Source: an uncultured Ignavibacteriota bacterium
GTDB taxonomy: Bacteria > Bacteroidota > Ignavibacteria > UBA10030 > BY39
Direction of reading: 5' to 3'
DNA length: 64,000 nucleotides
Assembly (NCBI GenBank): GCA_947085405.1
Contig: CAMTWO010000013.1
Span: forward strand, 20,193 to 84,192
Positions 42,601-51,974 of this stretch are shown here, one piece after another. Within the stretch, counting starts at the first letter, position 1. The number at the start of each line of letters is the position of its first letter. Under the pieces are notes generated by a model. The model saw only the letters and a program-made list of their open reading frames with translations. It did no database searches and was not told the origin of the DNA. The translations under genes and the position numbers were made by a program.

Positions 42601-42789
42601 TCAGGTCAACCTGATCAAACTGGATATACTCAAACCCCGGATTTCAAAGCAACAATCCAGAGAATGATCGAACAAGATAGAGCTGATGAAGTACCTGTTT
42701 TCACCGGAATATATAATATGTACGAGATGCAACCGAGCTTCGTAGGTGCACCTCGGCAAGTCAGATTTGGACTTATTTTAGAATTTTAA
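39667..42789 (+). CDS. TonB-dependent outer-membrane receptor with N-terminal carboxypeptidase-regulatory-like domain; paralog 2
   Basis: 1040 aa. KLNGKIIDKESREALIGVNVMLEG...VDGNYIMLNVPVGTYNL; plug ...TGTVRVVTSEQIQLMPVRGIREMAATTAGVV...NIRGG; C-terminal ...APRQVRFGLILEF. Co-linear with 29240..32203. Confidence 0.85.
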   Translation: MIIKKLLFLFILLFIVVSISFAQTTGKLNGKIIDKESREALIGVNVMLEGTTLGTVTDVDGNYIMLNVPVGTYNLIVRYVGYREVTVKNLKSMVSFTTTQNIELSSEAVELKEVVISAERPLIPKDQTGTVRVVTSEQIQLMPVRGIREMAATTAGVVQGERGGELNIRGGRSEETGYIVDGVWTNNPLTGGSTAFVSQRAIQEMIVMTGGYSAEYGNVMSGIVNVSTKSGKPNYFGSFEYVTDGFLGDGVQGWRNNGYQLYNLAFGGPVIPSNKNILQFFGSFEYTFNRDPNPSYNSERLSDLSNSIWPKFKEVTVNYIQEGLQRLPKLPSEEIDKRAKELLLDQPNWNLARPGQMPDGASLRLAWNEKLTANLGDFRVNLGGISSRTWARSRVFSYTLMNAFHNPMTNSVNDQYTLRVTWAPQPKTFAEIQGSYFYTYSDYMDPVHEDRVFDYGDPAKNPLFFNYFPPGVDPSQLRASRIPMDTYLGMFAYPGRVYNGYGFNKTTFWQFNANVTHQLGEHEIKLGGEYKIHQLRAYAIGPLSLALLRPGIIDTLRNGLYDQLTVAQKSYVLKEYASRGINTYGYDYFGREVDYDGYVKSERSEGPKEPIFGALYLQDKMEYQDFIVNAGLRFDYWDSNTDVLKDLYDVANSKNTTQYGSPENFKRLFPNKSVPADGWGNPNKIEDDSFEESKPFLIFSPRLGFSFPVSERMVFFAQYGTFAQMPPLSNLYMSSDRLREWYLAPGYFSINNPRLRPQKTTQYELGIRQQLGEVASLNITAYYKEITGLIQLGVIESRWNNTTFSTLQNGDYSTVRGFDLSFDSRRWNNLAASVNYTLSYATGTGSDPGTLGTILWLNARAPKFESPLDFDQRHTIAATLDYRFGKMDNVFLNQLGMNLLFRSNSGRPYTLNDPSIPPTDSRIKPQSTINANYSDWNFRFDYRIDKTFELPISNMRLNTYILILNLLDRKNIASVWAGSGQPDQTGYTQTPDFKATIQRMIEQDRADEVPVFTGIYNMYEMQPSFVGAPRQVRFGLILEF

Positions 42790-42815
42790 TCAAAATTTTT
42801 AAGGAGTTTATTACT

Positions 42816-45800
42816 ATGAAAATAAAATTTTTATTGGTGTTTCTATTTGCTTTGTCCTTCTCATTGGGATATTCATTGGATATTGAATCTTCTAGAAAGG
42901 CTGCTCTAGGACCACACAAGCCAATGATTATCGAACGAAAAGCTATGGATATTAATACCATTAATGCTTGGTTCCGAAATGAGGGTGAGTTTTATAGCGA
43001 CCACAAAACTACTGGTCCTGGTTTTGAGTGGCCCAAAGGTGGAAAAGTTCACGCTATTTTTTCTTCGTCAATGTGGATTGGAGCGAGAGTAGTTAACCCT
43101 GAAGATACAACTAAAAAGGATATCCGGGTTGCTACAGTTGGTCATTTTGGTTCAGAGCACCGTCCGGGTATAATTTTACCAGACGGTACTGCTGACGATT
43201 TTACCCGCCCGAAATATCGATATTATCGGGTGCGTCCTAACGAAGATTCTCCTCGCACGAGTGCCGATTATGCGGAATGGCCTGCTGAAGACGGCGCACC
43301 TTTTCACGATGTTGACAAAGATGGTATATATAATCCAAATGTAGATAAACCAGCATTAGTCTGGGGAGACCAAATAGTTTACCCGGATATGTTGATGTTT
43401 GCGGTTTACAATGATGCTGAAGAAGCTTATCATAATTGGATTTGGGGGAGAAGTAAACCATTAGGTGCTGAAATCCGGCAGACATCGTGGGCCTATAATC
43501 GTGCAGGACCGTTCGGTCAAATGCAATTTATGAAGTTTGAAGTTATTAACAAAAGTAACGCTCCATGGGATTCTGCTTATTTGGTAGTATGGTCCGATCC
43601 AGATATGGGAGATGCTTTTGATGATGCTTCAGGCGTCGATACAACAATCGTCAATCCTAGAACAAAAGAAAAACGGAATTTAGGTTATGTTTATAATGGT
43701 ACGAATACTGATGCGGGTTATGGAACAGCTCCACCGGCTGTTGGTTATAAATATTTTCAAGGACCCCGCTTAAAAACCGATCTTATTACTGATACTGCAA
43801 AGTGGTCGGGGCAATTGCTACCTGGTTATAAAAATTTAAATGTTTCCGGGTTCAATTTTTATTGTAACCCTGGACAAGGTGGCTGCACGAATCCTGATTG
43901 GTATGACCCGTTCTTATTTTTGCAATCTTATAATGTTATGCAAGGTCTAACTCGTACCGGCAGAAGATGGGTATGTGAAGGCGATACAACTTATTTTATG
44001 TTCGCCGGAGACCCTGTTACAAACACAGGTTGTACCTACTCAGACTTACTGCAACCCTCTGATGTTAGATTTACTTTACCGGCTGGTCCTTTCACAATTA
44101 TGCCTGGTGATACACAACAAGTAGTAATAGGTATAATTGTTGGAAGAGGCTCTAATAACTTAAATAGTATTAGCGTATTACGCACCTATGCCGATATGTC
44201 GCAAATATTATTTAACAATAATTTTAAGTTACCTCCTGCTCCACCAAGCCCTAAAGTTGAGCACAGCTGGATTGATGGAAAAATAATTTTATCCTGGGAC
44301 AAAGACAAAGCATCAAGAACTTTCAGGAACCCGGATGAAAAATTCTTTAACACTGTCTGGAAATTTAATGCATTTACTATTTATCAAACTAACGATCCAC
44401 TTCTAAGACCCGGTGCACGTACTGAAAAACTTGGAACATACTATAAAAAAGGTGATTCGTCGAAAGTGAAAGATTTTGTTATATTCCCAGGAGTTGACGA
44501 CCCCGTCCTGGCCACTATTTGGGAAGGTGATTTTGAAGGTATAATAGATCAACTCGTTTTAACAGAGGATCGAATCAATTCTAAACCATTTATACCGGGA
44601 AGACCTTATCACTTCATCATTACTGCCTCTGCAGTTGATTCTAATTATAACCCTTTAGATTCAGCAAGAATTAAAGACCTAAGCGGATTGATTTTATTAG
44701 AATCACCGAAAAATGTAATTACAATAATACCAAAAAATCCTGTTCTTGGGACTGAGTTTCCGAGTGGTAACGATTATGGTTCTGTTATTCCTCATAATAA
44801 GTGGAAATCTCTTAAAAATTATGACGATGCAGTTCAAGTGAAAGTTGTTGATCCGTGGCGAACTGAAAATAAGAAGTATCGAATTACATTACAAGGTAAT
44901 GACCCATCAAATACATTAAATGTAACTTCTTGGTCACTACTTGAATTGAATTCAAATAATGAAGTAGTTGATACTGTAATTGCAAATTATAATAATTTTA
45001 ACGGAGGGACTGATTATCCTGTGGTGTCAAACGTTATGCCTGTTGTACAAAATTTACCTATTGGAGTCAGGCGGCGTTTTCAGGTACCATCTGGTTTCTC
45101 ATACCAAGGGAAACGTTGGTTTACAGGTTTGAGAGGACCCCAGATGGATGATACATTAGCTTCAATACAAATTACACCAACTCGACGAGCACCTGTAACT
45201 GGTGTTGTTTCATATCCACAAATAGGTAGATACACAAACGCAATTACAGGTTTACGCCCGGATAGCTTACGGCGTGTTGAAATTCGTTTTTCAAAAACAA
45301 ATACACAAAAAGCATATAGATATGTCACTGGTTTTGAGATTAGGCCGATAAAAGGCCCGATTCATTCAGAATTTAGACCATATTTAGTAGATTCTACTGG
45401 ATTCGGCTATTTATATCAGGATTACCAACAATATAGGATGGGTATTCAGGACAGTGGTTATGTCGTACCGTTTACCGTTTGGGAAGTTGATTCTTTATAC
45501 GGAGATGGGAAACCACGACAATTGGATGTTGCGATAGTTGAAAGAAACGATTCGATGCGTGTCGTCCGAAAAGATATTTATGGAAGAGATAGCATTGTTC
45601 ATGTTTACAGAGGTAAAATTGACGCAAAATGGGATCCTTCTCCCTATACCGGTGAAAATCATTCTGAAGGTGATGAAGTAATTTTGGTATTCCGCTCTTC
45701 TTACTCAGATACTGCGAAACCAGAGTACACTAAAAAAGATAGAGATTACAAAGATTTCGAGTTTAAAAATTTGCCTTTAATGTACATTATAGTAATGCGC

Positions 45801-46298
45801 AAAGTAAATGAACAATCAAATTTTGCTGATGGAGATGTTATCGCCATCCGGCCTAACTATGCTTTAAATACAGACAAAATTTTTGAGTTCGAAGTTAAAG
45901 CTCCACAAGTAGGCTTTTCAGAAATCGCGAAACAGCGTGACGAGATGCGCAAAATTAAAATTGTTCCAAATCCGTACTATGCATCTCATCAACTGCAGGC
46001 TGATCCATTTGATAGTTATGTAACCTTTACCAATCTTCCTACCAGAGCAAAGATTAGAATTTTTAATTTAGCTGGTGATATGGTAGCGGTTGTAAATCAC
46101 GACTACCAAGGACAAATGGATAACAGCTCTACACGTTGGGGTCTCAAAAATCACGCCAATATTCCTGTAGCAAGTGGAATGTATATTGCACATATCGAAG
46201 GTTATGGACTTGATGAGCATGGAGGGGAAGTGAAAATAGGTGAAAAGGTGTTGAAGTTTGCAATATTCATACAAGAAGAACGACTTGACACATTCTAA
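42816..46298 (+). CDS. large secreted protein (~1160 aa) with T9SS C-terminal sorting domain; paralog 2
   Basis: Signal peptide MKIKFLLVFLFALSFSLG. Shares blocks with 32242..35703 (PPAVGYKYFQGP / PPAVGYDFLQGP; FTIMPGDTQQVVIGIIVGRGSN / FSLAPGDTQEVVVGTVAGLGSD; LPPAPPSPKVEHSWIDGKIILSWD). C-terminus IVPNPYYA...AKIRIFNLAGDMVAVV...SGMYIAHIEG...KVLKFAIF is a T9SS CTD. Confidence 0.8.
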   Translation: MKIKFLLVFLFALSFSLGYSLDIESSRKAALGPHKPMIIERKAMDINTINAWFRNEGEFYSDHKTTGPGFEWPKGGKVHAIFSSSMWIGARVVNPEDTTKKDIRVATVGHFGSEHRPGIILPDGTADDFTRPKYRYYRVRPNEDSPRTSADYAEWPAEDGAPFHDVDKDGIYNPNVDKPALVWGDQIVYPDMLMFAVYNDAEEAYHNWIWGRSKPLGAEIRQTSWAYNRAGPFGQMQFMKFEVINKSNAPWDSAYLVVWSDPDMGDAFDDASGVDTTIVNPRTKEKRNLGYVYNGTNTDAGYGTAPPAVGYKYFQGPRLKTDLITDTAKWSGQLLPGYKNLNVSGFNFYCNPGQGGCTNPDWYDPFLFLQSYNVMQGLTRTGRRWVCEGDTTYFMFAGDPVTNTGCTYSDLLQPSDVRFTLPAGPFTIMPGDTQQVVIGIIVGRGSNNLNSISVLRTYADMSQILFNNNFKLPPAPPSPKVEHSWIDGKIILSWDKDKASRTFRNPDEKFFNTVWKFNAFTIYQTNDPLLRPGARTEKLGTYYKKGDSSKVKDFVIFPGVDDPVLATIWEGDFEGIIDQLVLTEDRINSKPFIPGRPYHFIITASAVDSNYNPLDSARIKDLSGLILLESPKNVITIIPKNPVLGTEFPSGNDYGSVIPHNKWKSLKNYDDAVQVKVVDPWRTENKKYRITLQGNDPSNTLNVTSWSLLELNSNNEVVDTVIANYNNFNGGTDYPVVSNVMPVVQNLPIGVRRRFQVPSGFSYQGKRWFTGLRGPQMDDTLASIQITPTRRAPVTGVVSYPQIGRYTNAITGLRPDSLRRVEIRFSKTNTQKAYRYVTGFEIRPIKGPIHSEFRPYLVDSTGFGYLYQDYQQYRMGIQDSGYVVPFTVWEVDSLYGDGKPRQLDVAIVERNDSMRVVRKDIYGRDSIVHVYRGKIDAKWDPSPYTGENHSEGDEVILVFRSSYSDTAKPEYTKKDRDYKDFEFKNLPLMYIIVMRKVNEQSNFADGDVIAIRPNYALNTDKIFEFEVKAPQVGFSEIAKQRDEMRKIKIVPNPYYASHQLQADPFDSYVTFTNLPTRAKIRIFNLAGDMVAVVNHDYQGQMDNSSTRWGLKNHANIPVASGMYIAHIEGYGLDEHGGEVKIGEKVLKFAIFIQEERLDTF

Positions 46299-46322
46299 AA
46301 TGAAAGTATAAGGAAAAAAGTC

Positions 46323-47363
46323 ATGAAAAGATTGAAATTATTAAACATAATATTAGTTGTAGCTATTATTATATCATTCACATTCGATAGTTTTGCAGGT
46401 TCACCAAATCGGCGTGGAACTGCAGGAGCTACTGAATTACTAATTCCTGTAGGGTCGACCGGTGTAGGGATGAGTGGATCGATTTTAGCAACTGCCCACG
46501 GGTTAGATGCGATACACTGGAATCCTGCTGGTTTATCAAGGAGCAATCTCAGCGCCCAGGTGATGTTCTCGAATTTATCATACATTGCAGATATTGGCGT
46601 TAATTATTTAGCGGTTTCTGCAAATATGGAAGATTTAGGACATCTCGGTGTCAGTTTTAAAACTCTATCTTTTGGAAAAATCGAAGAAACTACAATTGAT
46701 AGACCGGAAGGAACTGGTATTACTTACTCACCAACATTTCTAACAGTCGGTTTAACTTATTCGCGTAGAATGACAGATAGAATTCATTTTGGGACAAATA
46801 TCAAAATGGTTTACGAATCCATTACCCGCGTATCAGCAACAGCGTTTGCATTCGATCTTGGATTACAATACAAAGCTGGTGAAACAGGATTCAACTTCGG
46901 CGTGGCACTCAAAAACTTGGGATCAGAAATTAGTTTTGATGGTTCAGATTTTGACAGATTTGTTGATGACCCAAATCAGATCACCGGATATCCGACTCAA
47001 CCAATGCGACTTAGGACTGCCGGATTCGGTATGCCTACAACTTTAGAATTAGGTCTTGCCTACAAATATCCACTGATGGCAGAACACTTAGTAGAGATGA
47101 GCACTACTTTCATAAACAATAACTACTCAAATGATGAATATCGCTTTGGTGTTGAATATGCTTATAATAATTTATTTTTTATTAGAGGTGGGTATGCCTA
47201 TGCGCAAGGTGTTCCCTCGGAATTTGAAAATATTTTCGGACCTACTTTTGGTGCCGGTGTTCGTTATACTATTAGTGGAGTTGAAATGTCTGTAGATTAT
47301 GCATATCGTTCCACTACTTTCTTTTCCGGTAATCAATGGTTCTCTGTGATGATAGGTTTTTAA
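46323..47363 (+). CDS. PorV/FadL-like outer-membrane beta-barrel; paralog 2
   Basis: 346 aa. RGTAGATELLIPVGSTGVGMSGS...DAIHWNPAGL; C-terminal ...DYAYRSTTFFSGNQWFSVMIGF. Co-linear with 35735..36781. Confidence 0.6.
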   Translation: MKRLKLLNIILVVAIIISFTFDSFAGSPNRRGTAGATELLIPVGSTGVGMSGSILATAHGLDAIHWNPAGLSRSNLSAQVMFSNLSYIADIGVNYLAVSANMEDLGHLGVSFKTLSFGKIEETTIDRPEGTGITYSPTFLTVGLTYSRRMTDRIHFGTNIKMVYESITRVSATAFAFDLGLQYKAGETGFNFGVALKNLGSEISFDGSDFDRFVDDPNQITGYPTQPMRLRTAGFGMPTTLELGLAYKYPLMAEHLVEMSTTFINNNYSNDEYRFGVEYAYNNLFFIRGGYAYAQGVPSEFENIFGPTFGAGVRYTISGVEMSVDYAYRSTTFFSGNQWFSVMIGF

Positions 47364-47382
47364 TTTAGCATTTTAAGGTAGT

Positions 47383-47420
47383 AGGGTTGTTCTTTTTTGA
47401 GAGCAACCCTTTTATATTTT
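47383..47420 (+). terminator. rho-independent terminator of accessory operon 2
   Basis: AGGGTTGTTC...GAGCAACCCT (one mismatch) followed by TTTTATATTTT. Confidence 0.55.
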
Positions 47421-47434
47421 ACACAGATTGACGA

Positions 47435-48308
47435 AATGATATTCTATTCTATTTTATTATCTTTCTTGTATCCATTTTCGTACATTCAAGATTCTAGCTA
47501 TTCATCTTTTCAGATAGATACATTAGTCTCTGAATCGTCAGTATTTTCTTTGGATTACGAAGGTAATACTTATATTCTTGATAAAGAAAACCATAAACTT
47601 TTTAAATTTAATTCGCAAAATAAATTTCAAAAAGAAATAGGAGGCATTGGTTGGGGGCAGTTAAATTTCGATACACCAGTGGCAGTTGATGCTTCTTATG
47701 GATTGAATATATTCGTATCTGATTATTACAATAATCGCATCCAAAGATTTAATCGCAATTTAGAATTTATCAGTTCATTATCCGGCGAGTCTTTTAAATC
47801 CACTAATATTCACTTTGGGCGGCCTTCTTTTTTAGCTGTCGATAGGTTTTCGAATCTATATTTTTACGATTCTGAAAATAAGAATATTATGAAAATTACT
47901 TTCAACGGACTTCAGGTTAAAGACGTTAGGATAATCGGGGATTATCGGTTAGTACCAGATCCCATTCAATTTGCTATAACGAACGACGATAAATTGTATG
48001 TTTTAGAATCGAATAAAATATCCGTTTATGATAGTTGGGGTACATTTTTACACTCACTCCAGTTAGAAACTCCCCAATCTGTTCGTGCTTTTTGTTTATC
48101 CGAAAAAGAAATTTATATTGTCATTGGCGACGAAATGATTATAATAAATCACACGGGCGAACTGCTGAACAAAATTAATATTGCAGAATATTTTCAATTG
48201 CCATCATCAAATCGAATTGCCGATGTGAAAATATTTCAAGATAGATTGCATTTTTTAACTAATAAAATGATATTGGTCTGTCCGACAAATTTATTTTTAT
48301 CAAAATAA
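47435..48308 (+). CDS. NHL-repeat beta-propeller protein (start moved to ATG 47435; the track's 47397 start lies inside the upstream terminator hairpin)
   Basis: Hydrophobic N-terminus MIFYSILLSFLY. Repeats such as NIFVSDYYNNRIQRFN and NLYFYDSENKNIMKI are NHL-type (vaD..N.Ri..f). Confidence 0.65.
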
Positions 48309-48332
48309 CATTAACAAAGAGAGAGAATAATT

Positions 48333-48758
48333 ATGGCATCAAAAAGTTTAAATAAAGTAATGCTTATCGGAAATCTTGGAAAAGATCCTGAGCTTCGATA
48401 CACAGCAAACGGAACTGCCGTTGCTTCATTTTCCATTGCTACAACAGACAGTTGGAAAAATACTGAAGGGGCAGTGCAAGAAAGAACTGAATGGCATAAT
48501 ATCATAGCGTGGAATAAATTAGCTGAAGTTTGTGGCGAATGGCTAAAAAAAGGACAAAAGGTTTATATCGAAGGAAATATACGAACACGCAATTATGATG
48601 ATAAAGATGGAAAAAAGAAATATGTTACAGAAATATATGCCGATAATTTGATTATGCTTGGCGGGGGAAGGGGAACATCGACTTCTACAACTGAATCAAA
48701 AGAAGAAACCGGTATTGTACCTCCATCGGGTCAACAAGATGACGATCTGCCATTCTGA
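48333..48758 (+). CDS. ssb: single-stranded DNA-binding protein
   Basis: 141 aa; OB-fold N-terminus ...NKVMLIGNLGKDPELRYT..G.AVASFSIA...; Gly-rich linker; acidic tail DDDLPF. Confidence 0.93.
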   Translation: MASKSLNKVMLIGNLGKDPELRYTANGTAVASFSIATTDSWKNTEGAVQERTEWHNIIAWNKLAEVCGEWLKKGQKVYIEGNIRTRNYDDKDGKKKYVTEIYADNLIMLGGGRGTSTSTTESKEETGIVPPSGQQDDDLPF

Positions 48759-48764
48759 TAATAT

Positions 48765-50030
48765 TTGTTTCTTGAAATTATAACATACGGCATTCTATTC
48801 TTTCTCCTAATTATTGCATCCTCTTTTTTTTCGGGGAGCGAGGTAGCTTTATTTTCTTTAAAAAATAAAGATATCGTAAATATCGCTCCCAAAAATTTTA
48901 TAAATCGACGTCTTCTAAATTTACTAAAAAACCCTTCGCAGCTGCTTATCACAATCTTGATTTGTAATACTTTAGTAAATGTTTCTGCTGCAGTGGTGGC
49001 AGCCATCTTAACACTCCAAATAATACAATACTTTCAATCCGATAAAATAATTGCGCTTCTGATTGAAATTGTTTTTGTAACGCTCGTTATCTTAATTTTC
49101 GGAGAAATAACTCCTAAAGTAATTGCCAGAAAATATACACTTCAATTTGCGAGGTTTGCGGCAATCCCAATTTCCTTTTTTACTTTTATACTTTCCCCCT
49201 TTTCAAAAATCTTTGAATATTTAATGCAGCATATTAAATCATTTCTAAATTATCAAAGAAAAAGTCGGGTTATAACTGAAGATGACTTGAAACAGCTAAC
49301 TGAGATTGTGAATCAACAAGGTGAAATCGATGAACCCATAAAACAATTATTTCACCGAATAGGTGAACTATCTTTTCTTAATGCAAAAGATATATTAGTA
49401 CCGAGAATGAATGTAGTTTCCATCGGTATCCACGCCACTCTCAGTAAACTAAAAGAGGTAATCCGGATTGCAAACAGCTTATACATTCCGGTGTATAAAA
49501 CCAGCATAGATGATATTGTGGGAGTTATCTATTCAAAAGATATATTAAAAGTTGAACGAACTATACCCGAATTCGATACCGAGTATATACTTCCGCTGCT
49601 GAGAAAACCACTTTATATCCCGGAAACAAAAAATGTAATCGAGTTACTCAAAGAATTTCAATCCACAAAAATTAATGTGGCAATCGTAGTTGATGAGCAT
49701 GGGGGAACTGTCGGTATGGTTACATTACAAGAAATACTAAATTGCATTTCGGGAGATTCTCTTCTCGCTACCGAATCTAAACTAATTAAAATTATTGATA
49801 GTAAAACTTGTCTTGTTGAAGGAACGGTTCTATTGAAGGATGTCGAAAAGAGATTAAACATCAAGATTATTGATGAAAATGCTGAATATACGACGGTGGG
49901 AGGATTAGTACTTCACCTTGCGGGTAGAGTCCCAAAACGTAATGATAAGTTTGTATATATGGGTTTTGTTTTTCAAGTTGAAGAAGTTAAACACAACCGA
50001 GTACAAAAAATAAAAATTATTGTTGTTTGA
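48765..50030 (+). CDS. CNNM/CorC-HlyC family membrane protein (DUF21 + CBS pair + CorC_HlyC); GldE-like
   Basis: 421 aa; N-terminal 4-TM DUF21 (...SSFFSGSEVALFSL...), CBS-pair region, and C-terminal ...VGGLVLHLAGRVPKRNDKF... transporter-associated domain. ssb-gldE adjacency is known in Flavobacterium. Confidence 0.8.
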   Translation: MFLEIITYGILFFLLIIASSFFSGSEVALFSLKNKDIVNIAPKNFINRRLLNLLKNPSQLLITILICNTLVNVSAAVVAAILTLQIIQYFQSDKIIALLIEIVFVTLVILIFGEITPKVIARKYTLQFARFAAIPISFFTFILSPFSKIFEYLMQHIKSFLNYQRKSRVITEDDLKQLTEIVNQQGEIDEPIKQLFHRIGELSFLNAKDILVPRMNVVSIGIHATLSKLKEVIRIANSLYIPVYKTSIDDIVGVIYSKDILKVERTIPEFDTEYILPLLRKPLYIPETKNVIELLKEFQSTKINVAIVVDEHGGTVGMVTLQEILNCISGDSLLATESKLIKIIDSKTCLVEGTVLLKDVEKRLNIKIIDENAEYTTVGGLVLHLAGRVPKRNDKFVYMGFVFQVEEVKHNRVQKIKIIVV

Positions 50031-50082
50031 CTTTCATTCATAGATTTCGTATAATTATATGTAAAATCAATAGGTTATAGGA

Positions 50083-50988
50083 ATGAATAAATCTTCAAAA
50101 TGGTTTTTAGGTATTATTGTAGTGTTGTTAGTTATAAGTGCCGGAATTTTCTTTTTGATTTCTTCTTTTTTTGTTGAACAAGAAGAAGATATCGAATATA
50201 TTTCAGGTAAAGGCGAAAAAATTGCACTGATCGAATTAAAAGGTGTAATTGTAGAGTCTGAAAAAATTGTAAAACTATTTAAGAAGTATCGGAAAGACAA
50301 ATCGATAAAAGCTGTATTATTCAGAGTTGATTCGCCTGGTGGTGGTGTTGTTGCCAGTCATGAAATCTACAACGAAGTAAAACAAACACGTGAATCGGGT
50401 AAACCGGTTGTTGTGTCGATGGGTTCGGTTGCTGCAAGCGGTGGATATTACGTTGCTTGTGGTGCAAACTTAATCGTTGCAAATCCCGGGACATTGACAG
50501 GAAGCATCGGCGTTATTTCCCAGTTTCTCAGAATGGATCCGTTGTTTCAAAAACTTGGAATAGAAATGAATACGGTTAAGTCGGGGAAGTACAAGGATTC
50601 AGGTAATCCATTCCGTGAAATGACAAAAGAAGATAAACAATACTTCCAAAATCTGATGGACGATGTGCATTTGCAATTTATTGATATAGTCGGCAGCGAA
50701 CGTAAGTTGGATAGAAAAAAAGCAATCGAGTATGCTGATGGTCGGGTTTTTACCGGTAAGGCAGCATTAGAAATGAAACTCGTCGATACACTCGGGACTT
50801 ATGAAGATGCACTGAAAATTGCAGCAGAATTAGCCGGTATAAAAGGCGAACCGGCAGTAGTAAAAGAAGTTAAACGGAAAACCTTTGTAGATCGTTTTTT
50901 GGGCGAAACAAAACTTGGCGATTTCTTTAATCTGAAAGACGAAATTTTTAAACACCCAATTTTACAATATAAATTAATTAACCCCTAA
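50083..50988 (+). CDS. sppA: signal peptide peptidase SppA (36K type)
   Basis: 301 aa; N-terminal TM; ...DSPGGGVVASHEIY... and catalytic ...SMGSVAASGGYYVACGANLIVANPGTLTGSIGV... ClpP/crotonase-fold S49. Confidence 0.85.
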   Translation: MNKSSKWFLGIIVVLLVISAGIFFLISSFFVEQEEDIEYISGKGEKIALIELKGVIVESEKIVKLFKKYRKDKSIKAVLFRVDSPGGGVVASHEIYNEVKQTRESGKPVVVSMGSVAASGGYYVACGANLIVANPGTLTGSIGVISQFLRMDPLFQKLGIEMNTVKSGKYKDSGNPFREMTKEDKQYFQNLMDDVHLQFIDIVGSERKLDRKKAIEYADGRVFTGKAALEMKLVDTLGTYEDALKIAAELAGIKGEPAVVKEVKRKTFVDRFLGETKLGDFFNLKDEIFKHPILQYKLINP

Positions 50989-51014
50989 GTAACATTAACT
51001 TATGGAGGAAACAA

Positions 51015-51332
51015 TTGACTAAAGCTGATATTGTTGATGTAATTGCTTCGGCGACTGGACTCACGAAAGTCGAAACAGAAGCAGTAGTAGATGGATTCAT
51101 ATCCACAGTAATTAACGCCTTGAAAGAAGGCAAAAATATTGAAATTCGCGGCTTCGGAAGTTTTAAAGTGAAAAAGCGAAAAGGACGGATGGCACGCAAT
51201 CCTCGAACCGGTGCACAAGTTCAGGTTGACGAACATTTTGTTCCACTTTTTAAAGTTTCAAAAGAATTGAAATCCAATGTAAACGAAAATTTAAAGAGAA
51301 CACAACCTAATTGGGGCCGTACCGAACCTTAA
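51015..51332 (+). CDS. HU/IHF family DNA-binding protein
   Basis: MTKADIVDVIA...TKVETEAVVDGFISTVINAL..G..IEIRGFGSFKVKKRKGRMARNPRTG; the beta-arm RNPRTG motif. Confidence 0.9.
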   Translation: MTKADIVDVIASATGLTKVETEAVVDGFISTVINALKEGKNIEIRGFGSFKVKKRKGRMARNPRTGAQVQVDEHFVPLFKVSKELKSNVNENLKRTQPNWGRTEP

Positions 51333-51341
51333 AAGTAATAA

Positions 51342-51950
51342 TTGATGAAAAATTCAAAACACTTATTTGCGATAGCAGCAATAATTGCATCAATTGCATT
51401 GATAGTATATCTTACACGTCAACCTGCTGCACCTCAACAATCCACAGAACATGAAGGACACGTTCAGAACCAAGAAGAGCAGCATTCGCACGACGTTGCA
51501 CAGATGGAGAGTATGAAATCTGAAATTAAAAGGCTTGAATCGGTAATAGATCAGAATCCTGCGGATATCGAAACGTTGTTGAATCTGGCACATTTGTATC
51601 AAGATAGCGGTAACCTTTTAAAATCTATCGAAACTTACATTAAATATTTAGATAAAAACCCGAAGAATGCTGATGCCCGAATTGATCTCGGCGTTAGCTA
51701 TTATCAGATGGCTTTCGAGGATACATTAAAACAAAAAGAATATTTCGATACAGCAATAAGCACAATGCAAGAAGCTCTAAAATATTCTCCAAAACATGTA
51801 TTAGGGCACTTCAACTTGGGGATCGTAAATTGGCAAAATGGAAATTCTGAAAAAGCCACTTTTTGGTTTAACAAGTGTATAGCTCTCGATTCATCATCAT
51901 CGGTTGCTCAAAAAGCAAAAGAAATTTTACAACAACATTTAATTAATTAA
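51342..51950 (+). CDS. membrane-anchored TPR-repeat protein
   Basis: N-terminal TM (LFAIAAIIASIALIVYL), then several TPR-like units (...LNLAHLYQDSGNLLKSIETYIKYLDKNPKNADARIDLGVSYYQ...). Confidence 0.65.
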   Translation: MMKNSKHLFAIAAIIASIALIVYLTRQPAAPQQSTEHEGHVQNQEEQHSHDVAQMESMKSEIKRLESVIDQNPADIETLLNLAHLYQDSGNLLKSIETYIKYLDKNPKNADARIDLGVSYYQMAFEDTLKQKEYFDTAISTMQEALKYSPKHVLGHFNLGIVNWQNGNSEKATFWFNKCIALDSSSSVAQKAKEILQQHLIN

Positions 51951-51974
51951 AACTATAATTTAAAGGAACAATAC

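Noticed and set aside
29240-47363. Possibility that the two accessory operons are a recent DNA-level repeat or mobile element
   Set aside because: Paralogs are recognisable only at protein level, with different lengths (987/1040, 1156/1160, 348/346 aa). No flanking IS, integrase, tRNA-target or direct repeats seen. Interpreted as an ancient duplication.
47397-47434. ORF-track start (ATG 47397) of the NHL-repeat gene
   Set aside because: It lies inside the stem of the upstream terminator hairpin (GAGCAACCCT). The downstream ATG 47435 begins a hydrophobic leader.
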